IMG/VR virus record: IMGVR_UViG_3300048588_000030
Span: 1 to 50,525 of that record
Strand: one strand, 5' to 3'
Length of the DNA stretch: 50,525 nucleotides
From: a virus
Lineage: Duplodnaviria > Caudoviricetes
Position numbers and translations under genes: made by a program. Of this stretch, positions 24,625-35,733 are shown piece after piece. The notes under the pieces are model-generated. The model saw nothing but the letters and a program-made list of their open reading frames with translations. It searched no databases and was not told the DNA's origin. How positions within the stretch are numbered: the first letter of the stretch is position 1; every line of letters starts with the position of its first letter.

Positions 24625-27154
24625 ACGCGCAAAAGTAGTGGGGCAAGCCCCGTTCGAGAAGCCGTTCTTTATGCTGAACGGCGGCTTGAACACGGAAGCG
24701 TCCCCTCTGAATGCTCCTCCAAATACGACTATAGACGAGTCAAATCTGGAGATCCTTAGAGACGGCTCACGTCGTCGCAGGCGTGCTTTGCAAGACGAGG
24801 CTGGCGGATCTACCTATAATTACGCCCCATCAGACACTGATGATATTAGTGTGTTCTCACGCTCTAATTCGTTCCAGTGGGACAATGTTGGTGGGGACTC
24901 TGCACTGACATTTCAAGTAATCAAGATTGGTGGCCGTATCCACTTCTACGCGGATTCGACTACGCTGAGTGCTGGCAAGAAGTCGTTTGTTATCGAGCTG
25001 ATGGAGTACGCGACCACTAACGTAATTAAGGACGTGATAGGCTACCCAGTCACGTTTACGGCGCACCAAGGTGTTCTGTTCTGCTCAGCGAAGTACATAC
25101 ATCCTATGTACATCGAGTACAGCGCTACGACTGATAGTGTTACGGTCACCCCAATAACTATTCGTGTCAGGGACTTTTCTGGAATTAATGACGAGATCGC
25201 CATTAACTCAAAGCCCACCACCCTGACTGACGCACACTCTTATAATCTAATTAATCGTGGGTGGAGGGCTGGTACAGCTGGCACGGACGGGTACTTGCGG
25301 TTCTTTGCTGATACTACTTATTACCCAGCCAAGAACATGATCCCGTGGAAGGGGTACAGCAAGAAGGCGGAGGGTGCCACTAACATATCCAGTAGTTTGT
25401 ATAATCCAGCCGACTGGAGTAAGTCGTATTCATCGGCCAAACTAGAGGCTGAGATCTTCGGAGAAGCGGATGCTCCGCAAGGTCACATCCTCATTAATCC
25501 GTTTGACACAACGTTTGGTCAGGTTGGCAGCGGTGTTGGTGCGCAGGACGCCACTGTAACAGCCATTAGCTCCGTATATACTGGTGGACAAGGGTACGTA
25601 ATACTTACCATGACGGTCCCGCTTGCTCACGGACTAGCTGCTAGCGATCCTGTGGAACTCACTGGTGGGTACATCACATGGTACGACGGTCCCGGAGATG
25701 TCGGAGGCACGGTGCCTATAACGGGCGTGTGGCCAGCAATGTCAGGCACAGCTGGTACAACCATCATTGTACATGTACCAGTAGCCAAATTCGTTTATAA
25801 CAATCTTTACGATAACCCGACCCTCACAACGTGGACGGGCCCTACCACCGCAGGTGTTGATCCTATCGAGAACACCATTAGTGGCGTTGTGACCGCTGAT
25901 CGCCCAACTGCGGTAGAGATGTTTGCGGGACGTATCTGGTACGCTGGGTTTGGCGCTGGGTTGTTCTCGGATACTATCCTGTTCTCGCAGATCATCATGA
26001 ACAGCGTTACGGACTACGCCAAGTACGGCAAGTGCTTCCAAGCAGGGGACCCCACTGACGAATTCCGTGCTATGGTGGTTCCTACGGATGGCGGAGCTAT
26101 TCAGATCCCGGGGCTTGCTGGAGTCAAGGATATGATAGCCACGCAAGCGTCTCTGCTTATCTTCGCGGATAGCGGTGTGTACGAGGTCACTGGTGGCAAC
26201 GCGCCGTTCAGCGCTAATAACTTCAGTGTTCGTACGATAACCGATGCTGGAGCGTGGAGCGCTGCTGGAATTACGTCATCTGAGTTTGGCATTGTCTATA
26301 CGTCCCCAAGAGGGCTGTTTGCCGTTGCACCGGACGGGCAATCTGGCCGGTTGTCCGCCGTGCCGATTATAGACGACAACATCAAGACCCTGTGGAACTC
26401 CATTCCGGATAGTTTACAGAGACACGCGCACTTGGTGTACGACTACTGCCTGCAGAAACTGTATCTTCTATACACTGATATCTCCAGATTTGACACAAGT
26501 TCGGTGCACTTTGACTCCGCACTCGTATACGATCTCCGGAACAAGGGATGGTACAGATTTAAGTTTCCTGTTCGTGGGTCGCCGTACCCTACAGATATCA
26601 GGTGCGCCGTAATCACCAAGGCTGGCGACGGCTCTAATGATAACAAGAAGGTCAAGTTTGTAGCCACCTTTGCGTACTTATCAGGATTTGGAGTTCGTAT
26701 TTTCGATCTAGACCACGCTGGGTACGTTGACTACGATGGCACGCAAGAGCTTCCATATCTGGTAACCGCGTACGATGGTATTGGCGGGGAAGACGTACCT
26801 AGAGACTTCTCGCACCGCAGGCAGGCCCCTGTAGTGCACGTGTACTCTAAGCGCACAGAGACAGGCGTAGACGGTCTAGGGGTGCCAATAAATTCGTCGA
26901 GTATCCTGTTGGAGCCACGGTGGGATTTCACAGACACGACAACTACGGGACGAGCGGGCTCCCCGCAGCAAGCCCATCGCCCCAGCCAGCTGTTTCTTGG
27001 AGATCCTACGGAGAACGGGATGCCAGTAGTTATTAGTCGTCTCAAACTTCGTGGACGTGGCAGAAGTCTACACTTGAAGTTCTACGGGGAGGCTGACAAG
27101 GACTTTCACTTGCTTGGATACGCGCTGCTGTATAAGATCGGGAGACAAGTCTAA
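24614..27154 (+). CDS. Tail tubular protein B (nozzle, beta-propeller)
   Basis: GGLNTEASPL...R.RR, FAGRIWYAG, C-terminal LRGRGRSL. Start moved to TTG 24614 (GAGGAG RBS). Confidence 0.82.
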   Translation: MQPKRAKVVGQAPFEKPFFMLNGGLNTEASPLNAPPNTTIDESNLEILRDGSRRRRRALQDEAGGSTYNYAPSDTDDISVFSRSNSFQWDNVGGDSALTFQVIKIGGRIHFYADSTTLSAGKKSFVIELMEYATTNVIKDVIGYPVTFTAHQGVLFCSAKYIHPMYIEYSATTDSVTVTPITIRVRDFSGINDEIAINSKPTTLTDAHSYNLINRGWRAGTAGTDGYLRFFADTTYYPAKNMIPWKGYSKKAEGATNISSSLYNPADWSKSYSSAKLEAEIFGEADAPQGHILINPFDTTFGQVGSGVGAQDATVTAISSVYTGGQGYVILTMTVPLAHGLAASDPVELTGGYITWYDGPGDVGGTVPITGVWPAMSGTAGTTIIVHVPVAKFVYNNLYDNPTLTTWTGPTTAGVDPIENTISGVVTADRPTAVEMFAGRIWYAGFGAGLFSDTILFSQIIMNSVTDYAKYGKCFQAGDPTDEFRAMVVPTDGGAIQIPGLAGVKDMIATQASLLIFADSGVYEVTGGNAPFSANNFSVRTITDAGAWSAAGITSSEFGIVYTSPRGLFAVAPDGQSGRLSAVPIIDDNIKTLWNSIPDSLQRHAHLVYDYCLQKLYLLYTDISRFDTSSVHFDSALVYDLRNKGWYRFKFPVRGSPYPTDIRCAVITKAGDGSNDNKKVKFVATFAYLSGFGVRIFDLDHAGYVDYDGTQELPYLVTAYDGIGGEDVPRDFSHRRQAPVVHVYSKRTETGVDGLGVPINSSSILLEPRWDFTDTTTTGRAGSPQQAHRPSQLFLGDPTENGMPVVISRLKLRGRGRSLHLKFYGEADKDFHLLGYALLYKIGRQV

Positions 27155-27768
27155 TGTCTAGTGCGGGCACAGAGGGCGTCGTATCTGCTGGTAGTTCAGT
27201 AGCTGAAGGTGCTGCTTTAGGGGCTGTTGTTGGAGGTCCTGTTGGGGCCGCTATTGGCGGCGCAGTTGGTGCTGTAGCCGGAGCGTTCGGATTCGGCTCC
27301 TCAAAGAAGAAGCGCAAAGCCCGCAGACTTGCCAAGCAGTCTCGTCAGATTCAGAACTTGATCCTTCGCAAGAACATGGTCGTGGAGTTTGTCCAAGCTA
27401 GTGCTGTAGCCGCTGTGAACGCGCAAGCCTCCGGTGCGGGCACTCAGAAGACCTCCAGCACCCTTGGTGTACTCTCGTCTCTTCAGACACAAGCTCTCTC
27501 TAACCTCAAGGTAAACACTGAGTTGTTTAACAGAAACGAGAAGATCACTAAGTTGCAAGAGCAAGCTGAGAAGATGTCCGCAATACAGAGTGGTATCATG
27601 TCCGCTGTCAACGCTGTGGGCTCGGCTATGGCCCCGTTCGGTGGGCAGGGTGGTGGTGTCGCAGACCCTGCTGGAACTATACGAGTTCCGTCTGGTACTA
27701 TTGACACTAGCAGGATGATGGACTACCGCCCGCCCCAGTCGGCGTTCGGTGGACGTGGAAACGCTTAA
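27154..27768 (+). CDS. Internal virion (ejection) protein, gp14-like
   Basis: N-terminal Gly-zipper hydrophobic segment followed by a basic patch; position after the nozzle. Confidence 0.7.
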   Translation: MSSAGTEGVVSAGSSVAEGAALGAVVGGPVGAAIGGAVGAVAGAFGFGSSKKKRKARRLAKQSRQIQNLILRKNMVVEFVQASAVAAVNAQASGAGTQKTSSTLGVLSSLQTQALSNLKVNTELFNRNEKITKLQEQAEKMSAIQSGIMSAVNAVGSAMAPFGGQGGGVADPAGTIRVPSGTIDTSRMMDYRPPQSAFGGRGNA

Positions 27769-30700
27769 TGCTTACCGTAGAAATCCCCGCACGAAAGGCT
27801 GAGACTCCTCCGGAGACCACCAAGCCGCCTGAGTTCCAACTTCGCGCTAGTGATCGCCCAGAGGCGCAAGGGGGCGATTTCGTCGAGCGCCCGGAGATGG
27901 AGCCGCCCAAAGTCCTCATCAATGAGGAAGCTTCTACGGCGCTGGCACATATCGCCGGAGCGGCTCTTGGTACCTCCCCGGACATGCTTCCAGCACTGAG
28001 GGACGAGTACGCCCGTACGGGGCGCATTGCTGAGTACAAGCGGCTCAACGCCCTTGCTTCCAATGTGAACAACGTACAGCAAGCTCAGTTGGTGGCGGAG
28101 GCGGTAGCCAAGTCGGTACGTGATAACAAGATAGACATCGCATCTATCACTCCGGAGCAAGTTGATACTCACGTACGTCCGATTATAGACAAACACGCCG
28201 CGGACAAAGCCCTACTGGATGCGTACCCGGAAGCTACGGATCATGTACGTCAGCTCCATAATGGCAAACAGAATCCTCTAGCCGATGCCTTTGACGCTGA
28301 GGAGGGGCTTGGGAGCGAGACGTTAACAGCGGACCATGTCCGCTACGCCCTGTCGCTTGGCAAGGACCAGAACGAGGCCGTCTACTCCGTGTTTAAGGAC
28401 GAAGTAGACCCCCGTGGATTCTGGAAGGACCTCGTGCAGTCCGTGTTCTTCACGGCCACCCTCCCAGCCTCGTCGAAGGCTGTTGCCGAAGAGCTTGGCA
28501 TTGATGGTGCGTGGACGGACAAGTTTCGGTATGGCAAGACGCTGGAGGCTGTGCAAGAGCTTATTATCAAATCCCCCCCATCTCAGCAGAAGCTCATATA
28601 CGAGAAACTCACCAAGTTGGTCAAGACGCATCCTGCGTTCTTCTCTGACTACCATGTGTGGAAGTTCTACGAGACTCTACTCTCTCCTGAGTTCCTGAAC
28701 AAAACGGGTAAGGGTACACCTACTGGTCAGATGATGGAGGATATCTACCCGTTCATCGACATCGCCACCTATCCGGGCGGCAAGATGTTGACAAGTGCGT
28801 TCTTTCGTCTCAGTTCTGCCCCTCTGCTGAAGTTGGCTGCCCAAGTAAACCCGATGGTCTATGGAGATGAGCTTGTTGCTGGTCTAGAGGCCAGTACCAC
28901 CGCTGTTCGCAAGTTGTACAACGTAGAGAAGCCCGTACTTGCGCAACTCAATCTGCCCACTCTCCCGGAGAGTACCATCTACGACGTACCAGACATTGCT
29001 GGAAGTTTGGAGGAGAGGGCCCGGCACATAGCCCTGAACAGGGAAATCAAGCAAACCGCGGACGCCATGCGAGCCGAAGCTATGCCGGTGTCTGATCGAG
29101 TGTCCTTGGCTGAGCGGGAAGTACAGCAACTGGCTGCCCTGAAGAACGGCGTGCCAATACCCAACAAGACCTCAATTGCCCCGTTCGCGGATGGTACTGG
29201 GTTCCGGCTTGAGACTATGCTTGGGCGTCGAGCTGACCGAGGCTTTGCTACGTTGAAGTTTGCTCGTGACGTAGCCCAGAACGCACTCAATCGTGGTGCT
29301 GCTACTGCATACGAGATCTGGTACTCTAGTGGCGGTGTGGTCGCACGCCTAATGGATATGGAGGACGTGGCCAAGATCTCGGATGACCTCCTCAAAGGTA
29401 CCAAGGGCAATTTCTATGTAAAGCTTATTGCCGAAAAGCAGTTCAGTGAGTACGACCACGCTCTGTCCGCAAGTGGGCAGACTATGGACATTACCAAGGG
29501 GTGGTTGGGCCGATCACGTGGCTATTTGGCCAATCCGTCGGCGTGGATGGACAAGAAGATCTACGCCCAGTACCTGCGCAGGTTCAGCGCTCAGAGTCGC
29601 ATGACTGCCCAGCTGGACGCTATAGTTAACCCGTGGATGAAGCTTGGAGTCAAGTCCAAGTGGAAGGTTAACGACGCCTTGGTGTGGAGCGCGGACTTTG
29701 GTTTGCGGCACGAGCGCAATCCTACCATTCGAGAGATTCAGGATCAATTCGGGGGCACCCTCACGGAGAAGGAACTCAAGGGTCTGTACAGCGCCCGGGT
29801 GTACTTTGACACCTTGTATGAGCTGGAAAACGACCGTGTGCTTCGCCACCTAGACTCCATCGGAGCCAAGACTATCCGCCGGGCGGACGGGAAGATAGCA
29901 TACCACGGTGTGCCGTACAACTCCCCGGCCCAAGCTAAGCGGGTTACTAGGGCGTACGACCCAGCCACCAACACCATTGTTGATGTTACTCCGGAAAAGC
30001 TGGAGCAGCTATACAAGGCTGGTGGTCGCGTGCTCAAGACTGAGCTGGCACCTGCCCTTCGTGGAACCGACGAGGTTACGCATCACGTTCTGTTCGATCC
30101 CGCCACAGCCAAGGGCTGGGAGTACGGGGCGCTGAGTCGGCGGCCACTCAAGTACATCCACGGGTACTTCCCGCGTATGTACGAAGATCCGTACATCATC
30201 ATGAAGACCATGCCAAAGGTTATGGTTGATGGTGTGCTGCAACCCCATAGCGTAGCTGTACACACTGCTGGTTCCCGTAAGGAAGCTGCCGAGGCGATTG
30301 CCAAGCTGAATGAGTTGAACGCTGACAAGAAATGGACCTACTCCATGAAGCGGGACGTACGCCTGTCCCAGCTTGATGAGACTGCGGCTAACCAAGAGCT
30401 GATGCGGATGGAGGGTCGCCTGTTCTACGACGAGCGCAACTTGGACCGCCTACGCCACGTGAACGGCACCGAGGCGGATATCATCGCCCCCATCAACACC
30501 ATTGCTCGCTCAGCCCGTGTGCTGGCCAAGCAGGTGACTATGGAGGACTTCAACACCCACATGGTGGATCTGTGGACGAAGAGCTTTGGTAGGCAACTGC
30601 AGAAGGTGGCCAAGGAGGCCGGCTATCGTGGCAATACGGCCATCAACCCTGACCTCCTGTCAGTGGACGAAGCTCTGCGGGCCCTGAGCAGCATGGCCAA

Positions 30701-32678
30701 TGAGCCCGGAAAGTTGGGCAAGGTTGGCAAGGATGCTTTGGAGTCGTTCCGCTACATTCAGATGATGCGCGGAGCTATGGACCCGTCGTCCAACATCCTC
30801 CGCAGCAAGATGATATCCTTTGGGGAGATGCTGTATAACAGCGGGGCCCTCGGTAAAGCCGCCGGTAAACTCGGCTCTCGGGATATGTGGAAGGTCTCCC
30901 CTCTACAAGCTACGAGGGAACTGTCGTTCTTCATGTTCATCGCCGCCAATCCCATCAAGCAGTTTGTACTCAACGCACAGCAGCACATGTTCCTGCTCGC
31001 GCTGGATCCAGCGTACATTGGGCGATGGCAAGTGGATACAGCTGCCCTACTCATAGGTGCTCGGGCCAAGAGTCAGGCTATGGTTGGGGAGAAGGTGCTG
31101 AGCAAACGAGCTATGCAGCTGCAAGCCCGTATCATGCGCCTTACGGACGAGGAGTACCGCTTGTTGGTGGATAACTTCACAGCGTCAGGTCTCCTGAACA
31201 ACGTGAACATCCGGGCGGCGCTTGGCGACATTCCTACTGAGGCCGCTAACGTGCCTATGTCGCAAGCTGGACGGGTAGCGTCAAACCTGTGGGGTACGGT
31301 ATCCGCCCGTCCCCTGCGTCGATTTATGGAGCGTCACGGCTTTGACGCTGGTGAGCAGATCAACCTTACGGCCTCGTATCTGCCCGCCCTACGGGCTGTG
31401 CTGCGAGCCAATAAGTTGAAGTCGCTCACTGATCTTACCCCTACTCAGTGGGCCGAGGTGGCGACCAAGGCACTAGACTACTCGTCCGCCATGATTCGTC
31501 CGAACGCGTCCCGGTATCAGCAAGGTATCTTGGCAGTTCCACTTCAGTTCTTGCAGTTCCAGCACAAGACGTTCATGACGCTCTTGGGCATGAACAGGGC
31601 CTTTACTCGTGCTGAGCACCTGAGGATTCTGGGCGGCCAGATCATTATGTTCGGTGGCGGTGTGGTTGGCCTCACCCCGGAAGTCAAGAAGGGCCTTGCC
31701 GAGATTGGCGTGGAAGATCCAACTCTCATAGACATTGTATCTGGTGGGTTCATAGATTGGATGCTGGATAAGTCGTTCCAAGCTATCTTCGACGACCCGG
31801 AAATGAACACAAACTGGACCACCTATCTCAGCCCAGCGTCCGGCCTTCGTCAGTTGGCCACCGATTTCGTGGACATAGCCCTTACTAACGCGCCCATTGA
31901 CAGCTTCCTTGGTGTATCCGGATACGGAGCCTCCAAGATCTTCAATAGCGTGAAGCTGGCGCACAATCTCATTAACTCTCCGGATGACGTGAGCTGGGAC
32001 GAAAAGCGGATAGTCTACGCACTGGATAGTATTGCGGCTGGTATGCTGAGCGGGTACTCACAGTCACAGCAAGCTCTCGTTGCCCGCAAACTAGGATACT
32101 GGCAAGCCGCTAATGGCGAGGTATCCAGTATCAAGGCTCGGGCTGGAGAGCTGTGGATGCGCGGGCTGCTTGGGGCCAATCCTGAGGAGTTCGATATTCG
32201 CCGCAATCTCCTAAAGGAACTCCGTGGCAGCACCTTGGACGCCGAGGCTGCGGAGGACCTGAAGTCCGACGCCAAGAAGTACTACGAAGATCTACGCACG
32301 ATGGTAGTGCGGTACGGGGAGGGTGTGTACTCGGACGAGTACTTCACAGTCATGTACTCCCGCCTCAAGGATATCATCGTCGGTATGCGAGACCCCGAGG
32401 AAAAGGAAGCCTTCTACAAAGAGTTCATGGCTCTTGTGGCTAATGGTCGCCATCAGCAGGACAATCTGGAAATCTCAATTGTCAAGGCCATCAAGCTTGG
32501 TGGTAGTGTAGAGGAGTGGATGATTCGTGAGATTCAGGCGTCCAATGCACCGCAAGACCAGAAGGACGGGGCTATTGCCTTTATGCAGCAGCAACTAGAG
32601 TCTGCCGAGGCTGGCATTCCTCCAATGATGCAGAACATTGATACGAATCTTCAATACTTCAAACCAGATGTAGATTAG
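27768..32678 (+). CDS. Large internal virion (ejection) protein
   Basis: 1636 aa, helical, in the podoviral ejectosome position. Confidence 0.75.
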   Translation: MLTVEIPARKAETPPETTKPPEFQLRASDRPEAQGGDFVERPEMEPPKVLINEEASTALAHIAGAALGTSPDMLPALRDEYARTGRIAEYKRLNALASNVNNVQQAQLVAEAVAKSVRDNKIDIASITPEQVDTHVRPIIDKHAADKALLDAYPEATDHVRQLHNGKQNPLADAFDAEEGLGSETLTADHVRYALSLGKDQNEAVYSVFKDEVDPRGFWKDLVQSVFFTATLPASSKAVAEELGIDGAWTDKFRYGKTLEAVQELIIKSPPSQQKLIYEKLTKLVKTHPAFFSDYHVWKFYETLLSPEFLNKTGKGTPTGQMMEDIYPFIDIATYPGGKMLTSAFFRLSSAPLLKLAAQVNPMVYGDELVAGLEASTTAVRKLYNVEKPVLAQLNLPTLPESTIYDVPDIAGSLEERARHIALNREIKQTADAMRAEAMPVSDRVSLAEREVQQLAALKNGVPIPNKTSIAPFADGTGFRLETMLGRRADRGFATLKFARDVAQNALNRGAATAYEIWYSSGGVVARLMDMEDVAKISDDLLKGTKGNFYVKLIAEKQFSEYDHALSASGQTMDITKGWLGRSRGYLANPSAWMDKKIYAQYLRRFSAQSRMTAQLDAIVNPWMKLGVKSKWKVNDALVWSADFGLRHERNPTIREIQDQFGGTLTEKELKGLYSARVYFDTLYELENDRVLRHLDSIGAKTIRRADGKIAYHGVPYNSPAQAKRVTRAYDPATNTIVDVTPEKLEQLYKAGGRVLKTELAPALRGTDEVTHHVLFDPATAKGWEYGALSRRPLKYIHGYFPRMYEDPYIIMKTMPKVMVDGVLQPHSVAVHTAGSRKEAAEAIAKLNELNADKKWTYSMKRDVRLSQLDETAANQELMRMEGRLFYDERNLDRLRHVNGTEADIIAPINTIARSARVLAKQVTMEDFNTHMVDLWTKSFGRQLQKVAKEAGYRGNTAINPDLLSVDEALRALSSMANEPGKLGKVGKDALESFRYIQMMRGAMDPSSNILRSKMISFGEMLYNSGALGKAAGKLGSRDMWKVSPLQATRELSFFMFIAANPIKQFVLNAQQHMFLLALDPAYIGRWQVDTAALLIGARAKSQAMVGEKVLSKRAMQLQARIMRLTDEEYRLLVDNFTASGLLNNVNIRAALGDIPTEAANVPMSQAGRVASNLWGTVSARPLRRFMERHGFDAGEQINLTASYLPALRAVLRANKLKSLTDLTPTQWAEVATKALDYSSAMIRPNASRYQQGILAVPLQFLQFQHKTFMTLLGMNRAFTRAEHLRILGGQIIMFGGGVVGLTPEVKKGLAEIGVEDPTLIDIVSGGFIDWMLDKSFQAIFDDPEMNTNWTTYLSPASGLRQLATDFVDIALTNAPIDSFLGVSGYGASKIFNSVKLAHNLINSPDDVSWDEKRIVYALDSIAAGMLSGYSQSQQALVARKLGYWQAANGEVSSIKARAGELWMRGLLGANPEEFDIRRNLLKELRGSTLDAEAAEDLKSDAKKYYEDLRTMVVRYGEGVYSDEYFTVMYSRLKDIIVGMRDPEEKEAFYKEFMALVANGRHQQDNLEISIVKAIKLGGSVEEWMIREIQASNAPQDQKDGAIAFMQQQLESAEAGIPPMMQNIDTNLQYFKPDVD

Positions 32679-32691
32679 GTGGTACTGTACT

Positions 32692-34911
32692 ATGCCCATT
32701 GAAAACCCAATCATCTCCCCCATTGGCGGCCCGGTAGGTCAGGCGGAGTCTCTCCGCATAGACACACAGTCTATGGACAGAGCTATATCCACTGTCGGTG
32801 ATGTTGTGAAGAACGTCAAAATCGAGCGCCTCACGCGAGACTTCAAGGCCGAGCTGGATCAGGAAGAGTCCGCGTACATGGAAGAGCTGTACGGGCTCAT
32901 GAAGGAGCGGGACACTGTAGAGGTACTACAAGCAGAGAACTCTGTGGACGAGTCCGTGACCTCCAATCCGCAGGTCAAGGCAATGCTCAGTCGTCTCCGT
33001 GTCGAGGATACTGCCGCGTCGCAGGGAATCATTGACAGCAACCGCCTCGGGGTTCGGAAGGAGCTTATCTTCCGCGAGTACGCGGCCAAGTACCCGCGCT
33101 TGATTCCGGAGTTCCTCAAAGTGTCCTCGGCCTCTGGACTTGGTGGTACGTCCTCTCTCCAGACGCAAGAGATGGTGGACTACCTCAATGAAGGTGCTGT
33201 GGCGCGTCAGAGGGAGATCGAGGCAAGCGCTGCCAAGAGCAGCGAGTACCTCAAGGAACTGGAGAAGAACAGCCGTAAGCTTGGGCTGGAGCCGCCACCT
33301 CCCGGGTCTAGTGAGGAGGTCATGGCTGGGTGGCTTGAGCGCTATGTGGGCATGGCTTCGCAGCACGAGAAGTACATGGTTGAGACCAAGGCACACACTC
33401 TTTGGGCTAACCAGAAGGAGCGTAACGTCGAGACCATGCTGGAGCACACCAACCAGCTCGTGGTAACCCACGGAGCGACGTTCTCTGGTGAGGTCAACGG
33501 CATCATCCAAAACAGCGCCGCGCAGTTGTTTGGTGTCACTGATATTACGCAGCTTACGCAGGCTATGCAAAGCGGAGATCTGGAGAGGCTTAGTCTTACT
33601 GTAAGGCAGCAAGCTGCTGAGTGGAAGCGGAACAAGATGATTGAACTTGGTGGCCTCACTGAGGCTGGTAAGTACATCACGCAGTCCCAGTGGAACAACA
33701 TCTTTGCTGCTGCGGACCAGCAGGTGGAGGCTGCGCTTGCCATGATCGGCACAGGGCCTACTATGGACAAGATCAAGAACCTAGAGGCCGCGTCCAAGGC
33801 CCAGTGGACTGCCAAACTTCCGGCAAACTTGCGGTACACCAATGAACTTGCCGCCACTCTATCGGCCACTAATCAGGGTATATCCAACAAACTCAACGAA
33901 CAGACAGCAAACCAGCTTACCAAGTTGGCAGAGAGTTCACTACTGCCCGAGATTGCTGGTGCGCAAACTGGTAATGTTACTGGGGAACGGCGTCCTCTCA
34001 TGGATGCCACAGGTACTCCGACTCCCATTGGTGGGTGGAACGCTATGAACGCCGCAAATGTCAACCCAGCCCTTAAGACTCAGGTGGAGAAGGACAAGTT
34101 CGTAGCTGGGTATCTTGAAGGTACCGACGCACTCATCCGCAGTAACGGCAAGGGACTTCCTGAGGGGACTGATGCAAACGTGGTGCTTACTGGGGCTATG
34201 TCTCAGGTTGTTTCCACGTTCGATACGGTGGCGGATAAGGTAGCGGCTGAGAACAAGGCGGGGCGTGTGTACCTTCCGGAAGATTCCCTGATGGCTAATC
34301 TCGTGTCGTCCGCGTCGTCAGACGAATTTGGGGAGCAGTTCCAGTCCCTGTCTCCGAGGGATCAGAACATTGCTAGGGCCTCCATGAAGACGGTGCTGGA
34401 CTTTGAGACGGCGTACATCGCCAACGTGCTCAACAAGAGCCTCAATGCCTACTCAACGCAAGCCCGCGGCGACAACCGGCAGCTTACAGGAACGATGAGC
34501 GGGCTGGCCGCTGCATATGGGAATCCCGGGGGCTTTGCTCAGGAGCCCTCGTTGTCGGAGTACGCCGGAGAGGGCGAGCTGTTTGTCATGACCGTCAACA
34601 ATGACACAGGTGACATAGCGTTCTCTATCAGTAATGACATTGCTGCCAAGCTCAGTCCACGCCAGAAGCTGGAAGCTGAGCGCGAGATCCGACTCCTAAC
34701 TATGGAAAAGAGCGCTCGTATCAGCAATGCCCTTAAGGCGCAAGTGCAGATAGGCAACTACCCGTCGTACGAGGACGCCCTACTCGCGGCCACGATGGTT
34801 GAGGGGTGGCCGTCACACCTAAGTCTTGGCGCTACTGCGGCCAAGAGCGAAGAGTCTATAGGCATGGACGATATCGAGGCTACTCAGAAAAAGACAAGAG
34901 GGGAGGAGTAA
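32692..34911 (+). CDS. Internal virion (ejection) protein
   Basis: 739 aa, helical Ala/Gln/Glu-rich; AGGTGG RBS. Confidence 0.7.
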   Translation: MPIENPIISPIGGPVGQAESLRIDTQSMDRAISTVGDVVKNVKIERLTRDFKAELDQEESAYMEELYGLMKERDTVEVLQAENSVDESVTSNPQVKAMLSRLRVEDTAASQGIIDSNRLGVRKELIFREYAAKYPRLIPEFLKVSSASGLGGTSSLQTQEMVDYLNEGAVARQREIEASAAKSSEYLKELEKNSRKLGLEPPPPGSSEEVMAGWLERYVGMASQHEKYMVETKAHTLWANQKERNVETMLEHTNQLVVTHGATFSGEVNGIIQNSAAQLFGVTDITQLTQAMQSGDLERLSLTVRQQAAEWKRNKMIELGGLTEAGKYITQSQWNNIFAAADQQVEAALAMIGTGPTMDKIKNLEAASKAQWTAKLPANLRYTNELAATLSATNQGISNKLNEQTANQLTKLAESSLLPEIAGAQTGNVTGERRPLMDATGTPTPIGGWNAMNAANVNPALKTQVEKDKFVAGYLEGTDALIRSNGKGLPEGTDANVVLTGAMSQVVSTFDTVADKVAAENKAGRVYLPEDSLMANLVSSASSDEFGEQFQSLSPRDQNIARASMKTVLDFETAYIANVLNKSLNAYSTQARGDNRQLTGTMSGLAAAYGNPGGFAQEPSLSEYAGEGELFVMTVNNDTGDIAFSISNDIAAKLSPRQKLEAEREIRLLTMEKSARISNALKAQVQIGNYPSYEDALLAATMVEGWPSHLSLGATAAKSEESIGMDDIEATQKKTRGEE

Positions 34912-34912
34912 T

Positions 34913-35335
34913 ATGACGAAGCCCTCAAAGGAACTCTTGGAGTCCCTGAAGAAGCACGAAGGCTTCCGAGCGGAGGCGTACGTGGATACTACGGGGCACC
35001 TGACCATTGGTTATGGACAAGTGGTCGGGGAACTTAAAGTGACGGAGAAGGAAGCCGAGAAGTGGTTGCTGGATGGAATTGCTGCCAAGACCAAGGAACT
35101 TGAAACGTTCCTAGCATTCCGAAACATAGACTCCCAAGTACGAAAGGACGTACTGATTGAAATGGCGTACAACTTGGGGGTTGGCGGACTGATGAAGTTC
35201 CGCAATATGTGGGCCAGCATCAAGGCCGGAGACTACGAGGCTGCCAGTGTTCACATGCTTGATAGTCGCTGGGCGTCTCAAGTTAAGTCCAGAGCACATA
35301 CATTAGCCAACAGAATGAAGACAGGAGAGTATTGA
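34913..35335 (+). CDS. Endolysin, T4-type lysozyme (GH24)
   Basis: HEG...AY.D..G..TIGYG catalytic E/D/T; MAYNLG...KF..M; DSRWA.Q...RA. Confidence 0.92.
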   Translation: MTKPSKELLESLKKHEGFRAEAYVDTTGHLTIGYGQVVGELKVTEKEAEKWLLDGIAAKTKELETFLAFRNIDSQVRKDVLIEMAYNLGVGGLMKFRNMWASIKAGDYEAASVHMLDSRWASQVKSRAHTLANRMKTGEY

Positions 35336-35733
35336 TTATGGACCCAGTAACTATTCTGACAGCGTTTATCCCAGTCATCCAAAAGGGCCTATCGGCTATC
35401 ATCAACAAGAAGCTCGGGGACAGGGATGGAGCCAAGCCTGCCACCATCGAGGAGACTGTGAAGCTTGGTGAGCTTGAGATCCGCAAGCTTGAGGCTCTGG
35501 CGTCCATCGACTCGGTGAGTGGTACATCCAAGTGGGTGTCTGACGTACGGGGTATCCAACGTCCGGTAGCCGTGGCCCTTATCCTGCTGACGTACGTGAC
35601 GTGCGTCCTCAATCCAAACACTGTTCAGGCGACTATGGATCTGGCGGCTAACCTAGCCTCGTCAGCCATGTTCTATCTGTTTGGTGATCGTACGTTAATG
35701 TACATCAGCACTCGCAAAGGAGTACAGAAGTAA
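35332..35733 (+). CDS. Putative holin
   Basis: Follows the lysozyme; WV...R...RP plus two TM segments and FYLFGDR (3TM-holin-like). Confidence 0.7.
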   Translation: MIMDPVTILTAFIPVIQKGLSAIINKKLGDRDGAKPATIEETVKLGELEIRKLEALASIDSVSGTSKWVSDVRGIQRPVAVALILLTYVTCVLNPNTVQATMDLAANLASSAMFYLFGDRTLMYISTRKGVQK